Source of the DNA: an uncultured bacterium
GTDB taxonomy: Bacteria > Cyanobacteriota > Cyanobacteriia > Cyanobacteriales > JAABRE01
DNA length: 64,000 nt
NCBI GenBank assembly: GCA_964413275.1
Contig: CAYPSO010000010.1
Location: 1,575 to 65,574, forward strand
Direction: 5' to 3'
The notes beneath the pieces are model-generated. The model was not told the origin of the DNA, did no database searches, and saw only the letters and a program-made list of their open reading frames with translations. Each line of letters starts with the position of its first letter. Position 1 is the first letter of the stretch. The position numbers were made by a program, and so were the translations under genes. Below are positions 18,261 through 28,440 of this stretch, in pieces.

Positions 18261-19625
18261 TTATAATTTCAACTCGCTAGACTTAATTTTAATTTCTGAA
18301 GGGAATTCTCGCAAAACTAAAGTATAAATATCTGTAGGCATATCTATGTTAGCTGCTTCTAAAGCTTCTTTAACTGCTTGAGCAACTTTGGAAGTTGTTG
18401 CTAAAAAACCAGCCCTATGGGAATCTACCCAAAAGCGAATTTCTAAATTAACTGTACTAGCAGCTAATTCATAAACTAATACATCAGGTACAGGTATAGT
18501 TTCGACTTCTTTAATATTTGTTATTGCTTGATTTATTACTGCGATTGCCTCACTAATGTTTTCTCCATAATCAATTCCCACCATAACTGAACTACGACGA
18601 CGAGGGGAAGCGGTATTATTAATAATGCTGGCTTGAAATACTTCCTGATTGGGGATATAAACTACCCTACCATCATAGGTTTTCATAGTCGTAGCCCGTA
18701 ACTGAATTTGGGTAATAGTACCTTCATAATTATCGATTACAACTTGATCGTTAATCCGAAAAGGACGAGCAGCTAATAAAATCACTCCAGAAATATAGTT
18801 ACTCAGAACATCTTTGAGACTAAAACCAATCGCCACGCTAGTCAAGCCTAATGCACCTAACAAAGCACCAAAATCTAATCCCATCACTCCTAGGGCAACG
18901 ACACAACCAACTACCCAGACAAACCCATAACTGAGTTTACCAATCAAAAGTTCAGTAGTCGAATCCCCTTCTGTTTGTTTTGCCCAAGTATAAGCTGTGT
19001 AGCGTACGACTTTAGCAACAATCAAAGTAATACCAATTACCAAAATTGCTCCCACCAAAGAAGGTAAATTACCGATAATATCCCGTAGTAAGTCTCTTAT
19101 CGTGGTGTAGAGACGTTGAGAAACGTCAATGGCTAATGGTGGTTTTTCAAAAGCTTTATTTAGCTGTGTAGCCCATTTTTGGGCTAATTCTGCGGTAGTT
19201 AAACCAAAATCTTCCGCATCCTGTTGAGTAACAGTCATTAAAATACGATTGTTAAGTCTCAAGGTAGCAATTTTACGAGGAGAATCAGGAGCAATTTCTA
19301 CTTGGTTTAAGTTATTATTTTGGGCAATTAAACTAGCTATACGACGATTAATAATTCTAGCTCTTTGACTCGCATCAATCTGGGGCAAACTGCCAATTTG
19401 AAATATAGGGCGATTTCTCACCATTACATCAGCAAAATATAGCCCATCACTAGGAATTATCAGTGATTCAGATTCAGTAGAAGTAGGAAAATTTTCTTCC
19501 TCTTGAGTTAAGCCAACAGGTGAGATAGTCAATGACACAAAAATTGTCACGATTAGTGTCAAGGTAAAGTGTAATTGCGGCAGTTTCTGCGATCGTCTAA
19601 ATAATAGATTAATTAAGTATGACAT
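18261..19625 (-). CDS. MscS-family mechanosensitive channel with large N-terminal domain
   Basis: LGALGLTSVAIGFSLKDVLSNYISG, RPFRINDQV, GRVVYIPN. Confidence 0.9.
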   Translation of the reverse strand: MSYLINLLFRRSQKLPQLHFTLTLIVTIFVSLTISPVGLTQEEENFPTSTESESLIIPSDGLYFADVMVRNRPIFQIGSLPQIDASQRARIINRRIASLIAQNNNLNQVEIAPDSPRKIATLRLNNRILMTVTQQDAEDFGLTTAELAQKWATQLNKAFEKPPLAIDVSQRLYTTIRDLLRDIIGNLPSLVGAILVIGITLIVAKVVRYTAYTWAKQTEGDSTTELLIGKLSYGFVWVVGCVVALGVMGLDFGALLGALGLTSVAIGFSLKDVLSNYISGVILLAARPFRINDQVVIDNYEGTITQIQLRATTMKTYDGRVVYIPNQEVFQASIINNTASPRRRSSVMVGIDYGENISEAIAVINQAITNIKEVETIPVPDVLVYELAASTVNLEIRFWVDSHRAGFLATTSKVAQAVKEALEAANIDMPTDIYTLVLREFPSEIKIKSSELKL

Positions 19626-19763
19626 TAAATACTAATTTTTTTTAGATTAAAATAAAAACTTTTTTTATTTTCTCAAGAGTTTACAACTTAAACATTATTA
19701 ATTTTATCTACCTAAAGATATAATTAACCAGTTAGTAGGTAAATAATAACCACGAACCACGAA

Positions 19764-20681
19764 CTAGGAACTAATAATCTGTTTTTTATTTTCACTAATA
19801 ATTGCAATACCAATACCTAATAGTAATATTAAAGCACTATAGATAACAGACATTGAAATAATTTCATCAAAAAGTAACCAAGCTAAAATACTAGAACATA
19901 CTGGTTCAAATAAAATTGCTAAACTTACTAAAGTAGGAGAAATAAATTTTACTGCAAAATTAAAGCTAGTATGACCAATTAACTGAGGAATAATAGCCAT
20001 TAGAATTAGGTATAAATAAACTAAACTAGGATAACCTAAATAACTGCTATTAAATAATAATGGTAATGGTAATAATATCAATGCTGCTGTAGTATAAGCA
20101 ATGACAATATAACTTTTAAGACTTATTCCTTGTTGTTGAGCCTGCCTACCACAAATCAAATATAAACTAGCCATAAACGCACCAATTAAAGCTAAAATAT
20201 TACCTAACATTGGCTTGCTATGTATTCCTATTATTTTTACCTCTCCACGAATTATTAAAAGTCCACCTAATAAAGCAATAATTATGCCTAAAATTGTTAA
20301 TTTTCTTGGTTTTTCCTTAAACCAAAACCAACTTATAATTGTCACCCAAATGGGATTAGTTGTTACTAAAGTGGTAGAAACAGCAATGGAAGTGTAGGCT
20401 AAAGAACTAATCCAGAAAGCAAAATGAAATGATAAACTAATACCTGCGGCTATAGCATAATAATAAGCTTGGCGATCGCATTTTTCTTTACCTAAACTGC
20501 CCCACGCTGGTAAAATAATAAAAGCGGTAATAATTAAACGAGATGCAGCAATAAATAAACTAAAATCAACTCCATTTAAACCAGCTACTTTTTGACATAA
20601 ACGGACAAAAATTGCAGCCGTAGAAACAGCAATTACTCCTAGACCTAAAATTAAATTTACTCGCCATTTTTTAGTTAACAT
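19764..20681 (-). CDS. DMT/EamA-family transporter
   Basis: About 10 hydrophobic segments, LSFHFAFW, GHTSFN, LFEPV. Confidence 0.88.
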   Translation of the reverse strand: MLTKKWRVNLILGLGVIAVSTAAIFVRLCQKVAGLNGVDFSLFIAASRLIITAFIILPAWGSLGKEKCDRQAYYYAIAAGISLSFHFAFWISSLAYTSIAVSTTLVTTNPIWVTIISWFWFKEKPRKLTILGIIIALLGGLLIIRGEVKIIGIHSKPMLGNILALIGAFMASLYLICGRQAQQQGISLKSYIVIAYTTAALILLPLPLLFNSSYLGYPSLVYLYLILMAIIPQLIGHTSFNFAVKFISPTLVSLAILFEPVCSSILAWLLFDEIISMSVIYSALILLLGIGIAIISENKKQIISS

Positions 20682-20684
20682 ATC

Positions 20685-21059
20685 ATGAATAATTTACCAG
20701 ATTTAACAATAGAAACCATTTGGAAAATAATAAAAGAAGAAATAGATGATAGCATAGTCAATCAATTGCTTTGGTATTATTTAGGGTATGTTTATAATGA
20801 AACCGAGAAAAAATGGGATATTAGTCAAGTTGCTGATGAATGGAAACAAGAATATCCAGAGCCTCCTGATTTTATTCTAAATCGACCTCCCACAGTTAAA
20901 CTTACTCGCTCAATTCCTAAAGAAAATAAACAGTTATTAAAAGAAAAATTAGGTTTTCAAGGTTATAAAATAGGCGAATTTGGGCCAAGACAAACTCGCA
21001 GAGCTACTGCGGCAAATTGGTTATTAAGTTATATGATTATTAATGAATTATTAAAATAA
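20685..21059 (+). CDS. Conserved cyanobacterial protein (DUF1823-like)
   Basis: LLWYYLGY, YPEPPDFI, RPPTVKLTRSIPKENKQLLKEKLGF, TRRATAANWLL. Confidence 0.75.
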   Translation: MNNLPDLTIETIWKIIKEEIDDSIVNQLLWYYLGYVYNETEKKWDISQVADEWKQEYPEPPDFILNRPPTVKLTRSIPKENKQLLKEKLGFQGYKIGEFGPRQTRRATAANWLLSYMIINELLK

Positions 21060-21062
21060 TAA

Positions 21063-21156
21063 CTGATGTTACGCAGCTTAACGAGATTTCAAGAGTTTCA
21101 GCAACTGGTTTAGAACCAAATCTCAAGGGTTTCAGACCAAGAGTGCGTAACATCAG
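21063..21156. mobile_element. 94-bp MITE-like element with perfect 13-bp terminal inverted repeats
   Basis: ctgatgttacgca ... tgcgtaacatcag. Confidence 0.6.
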
Positions 21157-21169
21157 ATAATAATTCGTA

Positions 21170-21274
21170 GTGGACTGTTTCAACTAAAATAGGGCAATAG
21201 AATTTTGATTATCTTTATGATTTGGTGGGCATTGCCCACCCTACTAATGCACACTTTTAACTGAAACAGTCCAG
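21170..21274. mobile_element. 105-bp IS630-type MITE with TA target duplication, carrying an internal GTAG REP hairpin
   Basis: TA|GTGGACTGTTTCAACT ... AACTGAAACAGTCCAG|TA; internal ggtgggcattgcccaccctac; near-identical inverted copy at 25971-26057. Confidence 0.8.
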
Positions 21275-21341
21275 TAGGGTGGGTTAGGTGGCGATAAATA
21301 TTGATACGTAGCCTAAATTTATCAAACCACCGTAACCCACC
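21274..21341. repeat. GTAG REP doublet
   Basis: gtag-ggtgggttaggtgg ... ccaccgtaacccacc. Confidence 0.65.
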
Positions 21342-21385
21342 ATTTAGATTTGTTGACACTTGGTAAAGCCCTAATAAATTTTAAA

Positions 21386-22543
21386 ATGAGTCCTTACAAT
21401 TGGTTAAATAAATCCTTAGAAACGATTCATCAAGCTAACTGGTATCGCAGCCCAAAAACAATTACAAACTTAACCGGAGCAACCGTAAAATTAGAAGGTC
21501 AAACTGTTATTAATTTTGCCAGTAATGACTACTTAGGATTAGCTGGAGATCAAAGACTAATTAAAGCAGCTTGTCAAGCAACCCAAGAATTTGGTACAGG
21601 TAGCACAGGCTCTCGTTTACTTACAGGTCATCGTAGCTTACATCAGCAACTTGAAAAAGCGATCGCATCTTTAAAACAGACAGAAGACGCATTAGTTTTT
21701 AGTTCAGGCTATTTAGCCAATATTGGCACAATTTCCGCTCTCGTTGGTCATAAAGACTTAATTTTAGGCGATATTTACAATCATTCTAGTTTAAAAAGCG
21801 GTGCTAAACTTAGCGGTGCCACAGTCATAGAATATCAACACCTTAACTTAAAAGACTTAGAAGAAAAATTACAGCAAAACCGCAGTCAATATCGTCGTTG
21901 TTTAATCACCACAGACACAGTTTTTAGCATGGATGGAGACATTTGTCAAGTACCCAATTTATTAAATTTAGGAAAAAAATATAATTGTATGCTTTTAGTT
22001 GATGAGGCACACGCCACCGGAGTCATGGGAGAAACAGGAGCAGGTTGTGTGGAACATTTTGACTGTACAGGTCAAGAAATGGTACAAATTGGGACATTAA
22101 GTAAAGCATTAGGCAGTTTAGGGGGATACGTAGCAGGTAGTGCCACCTTAATCGACTTTTTACGAAATCGTGCGCCTAGTTGGATTTATACCACAGCCCT
22201 TTCCCCCGCAGATACAGCAGCCGCTTTAACCGCTATTCAAATAGTTCAAAATGAACCTCAACATCGCCAACAACTATGGAATAATGTTAATTATTTCAGA
22301 AAAGAATTATTAAAGCTAAAAAACACTAACATTTTGCCTTCAGAATCACCAATTATTTGTATAGGATTAAATTCAGCAAAAGATGCCTTAAGAGTAGCAG
22401 AAAAATTAAAAGATCGTGGTATTTTTGCCCCAGCAATTCGTCCTCCCACAGTACCAACAAGTCGAATTAGAACGTCCTTAATGGCGACCCATAAAACCCA
22501 ACAGATTGAAAAACTAATTAATTTTTTAACTGAATTAGACTAA
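21386..22543 (+). CDS. bioF: 8-amino-7-oxononanoate synthase
   Basis: [51 protein letters not shown]; ATG 21386 preferred. Confidence 0.93.
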   Translation: MSPYNWLNKSLETIHQANWYRSPKTITNLTGATVKLEGQTVINFASNDYLGLAGDQRLIKAACQATQEFGTGSTGSRLLTGHRSLHQQLEKAIASLKQTEDALVFSSGYLANIGTISALVGHKDLILGDIYNHSSLKSGAKLSGATVIEYQHLNLKDLEEKLQQNRSQYRRCLITTDTVFSMDGDICQVPNLLNLGKKYNCMLLVDEAHATGVMGETGAGCVEHFDCTGQEMVQIGTLSKALGSLGGYVAGSATLIDFLRNRAPSWIYTTALSPADTAAALTAIQIVQNEPQHRQQLWNNVNYFRKELLKLKNTNILPSESPIICIGLNSAKDALRVAEKLKDRGIFAPAIRPPTVPTSRIRTSLMATHKTQQIEKLINFLTELD

Positions 22544-22726
22544 GTCTTATTAATTTTACAGAGACTCTAGAACAAAATCTTGATAATTTATTAACAATTC
22601 CCTTGATATGAATATTTATTATTCAGCTATAATAAATATTTAATTATTGAATTGATTAATTTGAATGATTACTGTTAATCTTTCTTAAGAAAAATTACAA
22701 AATCGTTACTTTTTACAGAGAAGACT

Positions 22727-24205
22727 ATGGGAAAACCGACCGGATTTTTAGAATATATTCGCGAATTACCTTCTGAAATTGCCCCAATAGAGCGTATTCG
22801 TAACTGGGATGAATTTCACCTCCATTTTCCAGAAGAAAAACTCAAAAACCAAGCAGCACGCTGTATGGACTGCGGTACGCCCTTCTGTCACACAGGGACA
22901 GTGATTAGTGGAATGGCTAGTGGTTGCCCTATTAATAACCTAATTCCCGAATTTAACGACTTAATCTATCGGGGACTTTGGCGCGAAGCCCTCGATCGCC
23001 TCCACAAAACTAACAACTTTCCCGAATTTACTGGTAGAGTATGCCCCGCTCCCTGTGAAGGTTCTTGCGTTTTAGGGATCAATAATCCTCCTGTAACCAT
23101 TAAAAATATTGAATGTTCCATCATAGATAAAGGTTGGGAGAACGGGTGGGTTACACCTCAAATTCCTGAAAAGCGCACCGGTAAAAAAGTTGCCGTAGTC
23201 GGATCGGGACCTGCGGGTTTAGCAGCAGCCGCTCAACTGAATCAAGCCGGCCATTTAGTCACCGTATTTGAAAGAGAAGATCGCCCCGGTGGACTATTGA
23301 TGTACGGTATTCCTAACATGAAACTAGATAAGCAAGAAGTAGTCTTGCGCCGTTTACAAGTGTTAGAACAAGAAGGAGTTAAATTTGTTTGCAATACGGA
23401 AATAGGTAAAGACATCTCCGCCCAACAATTACTAGATAAATTTGATTCCGTTATCCTTTGTACAGGAGCAACTAAACCGAGGGATTTACCCATTGAAGGA
23501 CGGGAATTAAAAGGCATTCACTTTGCCATGGAATTTTTGACAGCTAACACAAAAGCAATTTTGAACCACAGCAACGATTACATCTGTGCTAAAGATAAAG
23601 ACGTAGTAATTATCGGTGGTGGTGATACTGGTACTGATTGCGTGGGAACTTCCGTGCGTCATGGTTGCAAGAGTCTTACCCAAGTCGAAATCATGCCTCA
23701 ACCACCCATGGAAAGAGCAGCTAATAATCCTTGGCCAGAATGGCCTAAAGTTTATAAAATGGACTACGGACAAGAAGAAGCAGCCGCCAAATTTGGTGAC
23801 GATCCTCGTGTATATACCACCACTGCAACTAAATTTGAAGGAGACGAAAACGATAACGTTAAAGCAGTTCACACCGTTCAAGTTGAGTGGACAAGAGATG
23901 AACAAGGCAGATTTATTCCCAATCATGTCCCTGGTACAGAAAAAGTTATAGAAACTCAGTTAGTGTTATTAGCTATGGGTTTTCTTGGCCCAGAACAACC
24001 CTTACTCGACAGTCTGGGTTTAGAAAAAGACTTCAGAGGCAATGTTAAAGCAGATTATGGTAAATACGAAACCAGCATTCCGGGGGTTTTTGCTGCCGGT
24101 GACTGTCGTAGAGGTCAAAGCCTTGTAGTTTGGGCTTTTAACGAAGGTCGTGGAGTAGCCAGAGAATGCGATCGCCATCTTATGGGTGCAACTGAACTTC
24201 CCTAA
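22727..24205 (+). CDS. gltD: Glutamate synthase (NADH) small subunit
   Basis: [59 protein letters not shown]. Confidence 0.95.
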   Translation: MGKPTGFLEYIRELPSEIAPIERIRNWDEFHLHFPEEKLKNQAARCMDCGTPFCHTGTVISGMASGCPINNLIPEFNDLIYRGLWREALDRLHKTNNFPEFTGRVCPAPCEGSCVLGINNPPVTIKNIECSIIDKGWENGWVTPQIPEKRTGKKVAVVGSGPAGLAAAAQLNQAGHLVTVFEREDRPGGLLMYGIPNMKLDKQEVVLRRLQVLEQEGVKFVCNTEIGKDISAQQLLDKFDSVILCTGATKPRDLPIEGRELKGIHFAMEFLTANTKAILNHSNDYICAKDKDVVIIGGGDTGTDCVGTSVRHGCKSLTQVEIMPQPPMERAANNPWPEWPKVYKMDYGQEEAAAKFGDDPRVYTTTATKFEGDENDNVKAVHTVQVEWTRDEQGRFIPNHVPGTEKVIETQLVLLAMGFLGPEQPLLDSLGLEKDFRGNVKADYGKYETSIPGVFAAGDCRRGQSLVVWAFNEGRGVARECDRHLMGATELP

Positions 24206-24262
24206 ATTTTAACTCCATTAAGCAGAGGCAACAAGGCAACAGTGAACCACAAATAAAGATAA

Positions 24263-24324
24263 GGTGGGCAAATTATTAACCATAATTGTTGTTTATAAAA
24301 TTTAAAAATATTTGTCCACCCTAC
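24263..24324. repeat. GTAG REP doublet
   Basis: ggtgggcaaat ... atttgtccacc-ctac. Confidence 0.65.
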
Positions 24325-24364
24325 ACTATAGAAGTTACCAAATTATCTAAAGAGGAAAAGTATT

Positions 24365-24574
24365 ATGTCTATTAATCCTGAAAAAGTCTATGAAAATCTT
24401 AGCTTACTAGAAAAAGTTGACGTAGCAACCAGTGCATTATACAGACAACTAGCTCAGGAAATCTTAGCTAATCCTAAAGTTAGTTTAAAATGGCGCAATG
24501 CGATCGCCGAAAGACTTTATCAAGCCAATAATCGTTTAACCATGTCCAATGCCAGCGATAACGATAGTTATTAA
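24365..24574 (+). CDS. Small hypothetical protein
   Basis: 69-aa ATG ORF with upstream GAGG; helical composition. Confidence 0.65.
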   Translation: MSINPEKVYENLSLLEKVDVATSALYRQLAQEILANPKVSLKWRNAIAERLYQANNRLTMSNASDNDSY

Positions 24575-24586
24575 AAGGGAATAGAT

Positions 24587-24606
24587 GGGTGATGATGCCC
24601 ACCTAC
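24587..24606 (-). repeat. Degenerate single GTAG REP
   Basis: Minus strand gtaggtgggcatcatcaccc vs gtagggtgggcaatgcccacc. Confidence 0.5.
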
Positions 24607-24650
24607 AAAGTAAAGTTACAGCGTTTTTCAATTAAATAAACTACAAAAAT

Positions 24651-24893
24651 TCAAATGTAGTGAAAAAGCGGATGCAGCGAATTCTGAGGTTTCCTCAGAA
24701 TGCAAGCTGCACCAAGAAAGAAAACAGTCAGACCTAAAAAAATTAAAGAAAAAGTTGTCCAAAAAACCTCCTCAAAACCAACAGAATTAAACCACCATGA
24801 TTCAGTAAGTAAATGAACTAGAGTAGATATAAGAGTTAAACTTATAATCCCCACTAAGATCAGCGTAACAATAACTTTTTGTCGAAGCCGCAT
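24651..24893 (-). pseudogene. 5' fragment of a UPF0182-family membrane protein
   Basis: TM segment followed by TESWWFNSVGFEEVFWT, typical of the UPF0182 N-terminus; family members are ~900 aa; tail runs into a hairpin (attctgagg-ttt-cctcagaat, 24681-24701). Confidence 0.6.
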
Positions 24894-25194
24894 ATTTTTG
24901 ACTCCTCAATAATTAAACTTTTAAATTCTTTTTTGATCTATTGCCTTAATAACTCAGAAAGTATTTCAATTGCATATTATTCTGTTAGGAAATCCAATTT
25001 TGATTCTCGATTCTTCGGTGAGCATTACCTTGCTCTTTAATGTTAACTCCTCTTATTACCAGTATAAGCTTTCACGAAAGTCTAGAATCAATAATTGATA
25101 GTTGATAGCTAATCGTTAAATATAATTAGGAAATTGAGAAATTTACAAATTCTGAACTTCTAAACTCCTAAACTTCTAAACTCCTCAAGTCTTC

Positions 25195-25947
25195 TTATCC
25201 CATACGGCATCTTAATAATAAATCATGCAAAGCTTGTTTTGCGGATGGTTCTTCTTGTAAATGGCTTTTTTCCCTTGCGGATTCTAAGAGTTGAGATAGG
25301 CGATCGCATTCTTGTTGATGAAAATTAAAATCTTCGCTTTTAAGAACGGCTTTTTCTGCACCTGTTAATTTAAGCTCGATTAAATCTTGTAAATAAGGTA
25401 GCTGAAATTCCTGATTGAGATTGATTAAATTAGCTTCAATTATGCCAGTTTGCATTAAATAAATTCCGGTTAATAAAACCCGATAAACATATAGCAAAGG
25501 TTTAACCCGTCGTGGTGATTCTTTTTCAAATAATTTCCACTGACTTTTAGCAAATCCTAAATAATGGTGAGAGTGATAGCGAGTAATACAACCTTTGGCA
25601 ATTTCTTTAAGTTCTCGATATTCTGGGGTTTCATAGACAACGAGGGGAGAATATAACTGTTCTAAAACGTAACCGTTGCACTTGAGTAATAGGCCAAAAA
25701 ACTTTTTAATGTCATGGGTAACTAAATCAATTTGTAATCCGTCACGCATTTCTGATACTTCAATGGTTTCTTCTCCTGTTTTTAGTCCAATCACTTCAGA
25801 CAATGGTAATAAATGAACTCCTCGCAAGTCATAATCAGAATCAGGGGAAGGAAAGCCATATAAATGAGCACCACTAATGGTAATAAATAGTAGTGGATAG
25901 GTTTGTTGGGCAAGAATTTCAATAATTCGAGAATCTAAATTGTTCAT
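25195..25947 (-). CDS. Pol-beta-superfamily nucleotidyltransferase (RlaP-like)
   Basis: SGAHLYGFPSPDSDYDLRG, GYVLEQLYSP, KPLLYVYRVLLTG. Confidence 0.8.
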   Translation of the reverse strand: MNNLDSRIIEILAQQTYPLLFITISGAHLYGFPSPDSDYDLRGVHLLPLSEVIGLKTGEETIEVSEMRDGLQIDLVTHDIKKFFGLLLKCNGYVLEQLYSPLVVYETPEYRELKEIAKGCITRYHSHHYLGFAKSQWKLFEKESPRRVKPLLYVYRVLLTGIYLMQTGIIEANLINLNQEFQLPYLQDLIELKLTGAEKAVLKSEDFNFHQQECDRLSQLLESAREKSHLQEEPSAKQALHDLLLRCRMG

Positions 25948-25970
25948 AATTAGTAAAATTTTAGATTGTA

Positions 25971-26057
25971 GTGGACTGTTTCAGTTAAAAGTGTGCATTA
26001 GTAGGGTGGGCAATGCCCACCAAATCATAAAGATAATCAAAATTCTATTGCCCTATT
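25971..26057. mobile_element. Second, truncated or interrupted copy of the 21170-21274 MITE in opposite orientation
   Basis: 87 nt matching the reverse complement of copy 1 except the first base; preceded by TA. Confidence 0.8.
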
Positions 26058-26234
26058 ATAGACAGTGTCTTAACCGACGTATTTCTTCTCAAGAGACTTT
26101 AATTCCAGAAGTCGAGGCTTGGGAACAAAAAAGAAATCACACTTCTTCTTCTCTCAATTGGCAGTTTATTACCGAAGATGCTTGTATCAAATTAACTAAA
26201 TTATATCCGTCAATTTTAACTTGACAGACCACTA
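26058..26234 (+). pseudogene. 3' remnant of an IS630-family transposase with its terminal repeat
   Basis: RQCLNRRI..EVEAWEQKRN..NWQFITEDACIKLTKLYP; ends ACAGACCAC|TA. Confidence 0.75.
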
Positions 26235-26237
26235 CTT

Positions 26238-26303
26238 TGAAACAGCCCTGCCAATCTTGGGGGGGATTTAGGGGGCGAAATTATACCGACATTCAGCAAC
26301 GCC
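26238..26303. repeat. G-rich cyanobacterial dispersed repeat / MITE-like segment
   Basis: tgaaacagccctg ... gggggatttaggggg ... attcagcaacgcc. Confidence 0.45.
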
Positions 26304-26359
26304 GTTTTTTATTCTCCGTTGCCCATTTTAACTCGGAAACGAATATATCCGTAGGAGGT

Positions 26360-26526
26360 GCTAGTGGTAGAGTGCAGAAATAACACGAGAGTTTAAGTTA
26401 AACTGGTATCATCAACAAAAAAGAGGAAATCAGATGCGAGGACCACAGCCGATTCCTATTTACTTAAGCGACCGTCAACAACAGATTCTAGAAAAAATAG
26501 CCAAACGTCATGAAACATCTTTTTAA
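26360..26526 (+). pseudogene. 5' remnant of an IS630-like element (TAGTGG start, HTH N-terminus)
   Basis: ATG 26434: MRGPQPIPIYLSDRQQQILEKIAKRHETSF*, resembling IS630 transposase N-termini. Confidence 0.5.
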
Positions 26527-26563
26527 CTAATCATATATACATTAATCCTCTCAAACATAGGTG

Positions 26564-28435
26564 TCATTTAAGCACTTTACCACTAGAGGCAATTGACACC
26601 GCCTTGTGGACTACTGTTGTATTGGTACTACGGTACGGTACGGCAATGTGGTTGTTACGAGCAATGACTAACATTTGTTGGTTATCAAGGTCAGCGTTAG
26701 TATTTTGTAATGTACCGTTATCAGCATCAATCTGACTACCTAAGCTTAAGCCACTCACAATAATATGACTTGCCCCACCGTCACGAATGGTGGTTTGATA
26801 GTTATTTGCTCCTGTACCTGCTCCCGTGTCTGGTGCATCACCATAATCGCTTATACAATCATATCCAGGGGAAATTCCAGGACTAGGATTAGCTGAAATA
26901 TTAGTTGATAAACCTGTACCTAGTTGAGCATCAAAATTTGGAGTATAGCTATTACCGGCAGAACCAGTTCTACCGGGCAAACCACCATCTAAACCACCAC
27001 TAGCAATTGTTACTCCGGGTAAGGAAGTAACAATAACACCAGCACCATCTTGTCCAGAACTTAAACCAGATGCACCTTGGGAGCGAATTGTACCTGTACC
27101 AGCAATACGGCCAGTTCTAATAATAACAATGCCACCACCTGCTGCACCACTACTATAAATCCCATTGTTAGAAGTTTGGTTTTGAGCTTGAACTGCTGTA
27201 CCATCAGTATTAGTTGATCTATTTGTTGATTCACTACCATTATTTGTCGTACCTGCACCGCCACCACCGCCCATAAATAAGCGTTGTCCATTATTAATGA
27301 TCCTCGTACTAAAAGCTTTACCACCAAAACCTCCAGTTGGTGATTGAGAACTCCAAGCTCGTCCACCTCGTCCACCACGGCCACCATTAGAACCTCCTCC
27401 ACCACCAGAGTTTTGAGCGTTATTATTTGGAGTGCCATCTGTGCTTCCACCACCGGCATTACCCGGAGCACCACGACCATGACTACCATTGGGATAACCT
27501 TCTACCCCTGTATTAGTAAGTGTCGGAATTGTGGCAGGGTTGAAAGCAGCATTAAGATTAAAAGGATTAAAATAGTCAAGGACATATCGAGGTGTTCCTG
27601 CGATACCTTCTCCTTTAGAAGCATTAGTATTTGCTGTTGCAGGAGTACGATAATCCGTGTTATTATAACCTACAGCCCCTGTTAGTGTGCGACCTGCACC
27701 ACCTCGAAAACCAGTTCCACTAGCTTCAATAACAACTCCTCCACCTAGGGTTAACTGTTGCGCAACATCAATCACAAAAACTCCACCAGTATTACCATTC
27801 CAAGCTAAAGGACGGCCTGGACTACCAGAAGATAAAGTTAGATTATTATACTGGGGAACACGAATAATTTGATAACTGCGGCGACCTTCGTTACTTGTGG
27901 CAGCAAAACTGCGATAGGTGTAAATTAGCCCATTACCAGCTCCTTGACCACGAATATTGATATTACTACCAGATACTCCTGTCACTGTTACAAATTCATA
28001 ATTACCTGTATTGTTTAAATTTGTCCAACCACTTGCAGCATCTGAAGGTTGAGAAGCGGGAAAAGCTGGTACATCACCATTAGTATTATCACCATAAGCA
28101 GCAGTATTACTGCTGTTGAAATCAGCATCTTGCATCTGGATAATCAGAACCAAGTCACCCACAGCAATATTTGGTGCTAATACTGGGGTTTTAGTTCCTA
28201 CAGTGATTGAGGTTGCACCTGAGTTTAAAGTAGGTGAAACTGAAGTAAAATAGGTGTTAATAATACCATTAACTGTAACCGAGCCATCTTGTCCGGGTAC
28301 AGCACAAAAACTTGGCGCTGCTTGAGCGGGTAAAGGAACAAAAATATTTGGGTAGCTTACTAAAGCAATCGCCGTTATAACAGTGATTATAATTCTTAGT
28401 AAATGTTTTCTAATTTTCAATATCTTTGTTGGCAT
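26564..28435 (-). CDS. Secreted Gly-rich adhesin-like protein truncated within a GEVED-type domain (probable pseudogene)
   Basis: Signal peptide ending PAQA, GDLVLIIQMQDA domain, Gly runs, DYGDAP..GASHII..LSLGSQIDAD, then an abrupt unrelated tail. Confidence 0.65.
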   Translation of the reverse strand: MPTKILKIRKHLLRIIITVITAIALVSYPNIFVPLPAQAAPSFCAVPGQDGSVTVNGIINTYFTSVSPTLNSGATSITVGTKTPVLAPNIAVGDLVLIIQMQDADFNSSNTAAYGDNTNGDVPAFPASQPSDAASGWTNLNNTGNYEFVTVTGVSGSNINIRGQGAGNGLIYTYRSFAATSNEGRRSYQIIRVPQYNNLTLSSGSPGRPLAWNGNTGGVFVIDVAQQLTLGGGVVIEASGTGFRGGAGRTLTGAVGYNNTDYRTPATANTNASKGEGIAGTPRYVLDYFNPFNLNAAFNPATIPTLTNTGVEGYPNGSHGRGAPGNAGGGSTDGTPNNNAQNSGGGGGSNGGRGGRGGRAWSSQSPTGGFGGKAFSTRIINNGQRLFMGGGGGAGTTNNGSESTNRSTNTDGTAVQAQNQTSNNGIYSSGAAGGGIVIIRTGRIAGTGTIRSQGASGLSSGQDGAGVIVTSLPGVTIASGGLDGGLPGRTGSAGNSYTPNFDAQLGTGLSTNISANPSPGISPGYDCISDYGDAPDTGAGTGANNYQTTIRDGGASHIIVSGLSLGSQIDADNGTLQNTNADLDNQQMLVIARNNHIAVPYRSTNTTVVHKAVSIASSGKVLK

Positions 28436-28440
28436 TTAAG

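Noticed and set aside
22727-24205. gltD without adjacent gltB
   Set aside because: Separate gltB and gltD loci are known in cyanobacteria.
25940-26224. 94-aa ORF as a real protein
   Set aside because: Chimera of MITE/REP sequence and an IS630 C-terminal fragment.
27061-27872. Alternative-frame ORFs over the Gly-rich gene
   Set aside because: Low-complexity shadows of the GGT/GGA-rich coding frame.
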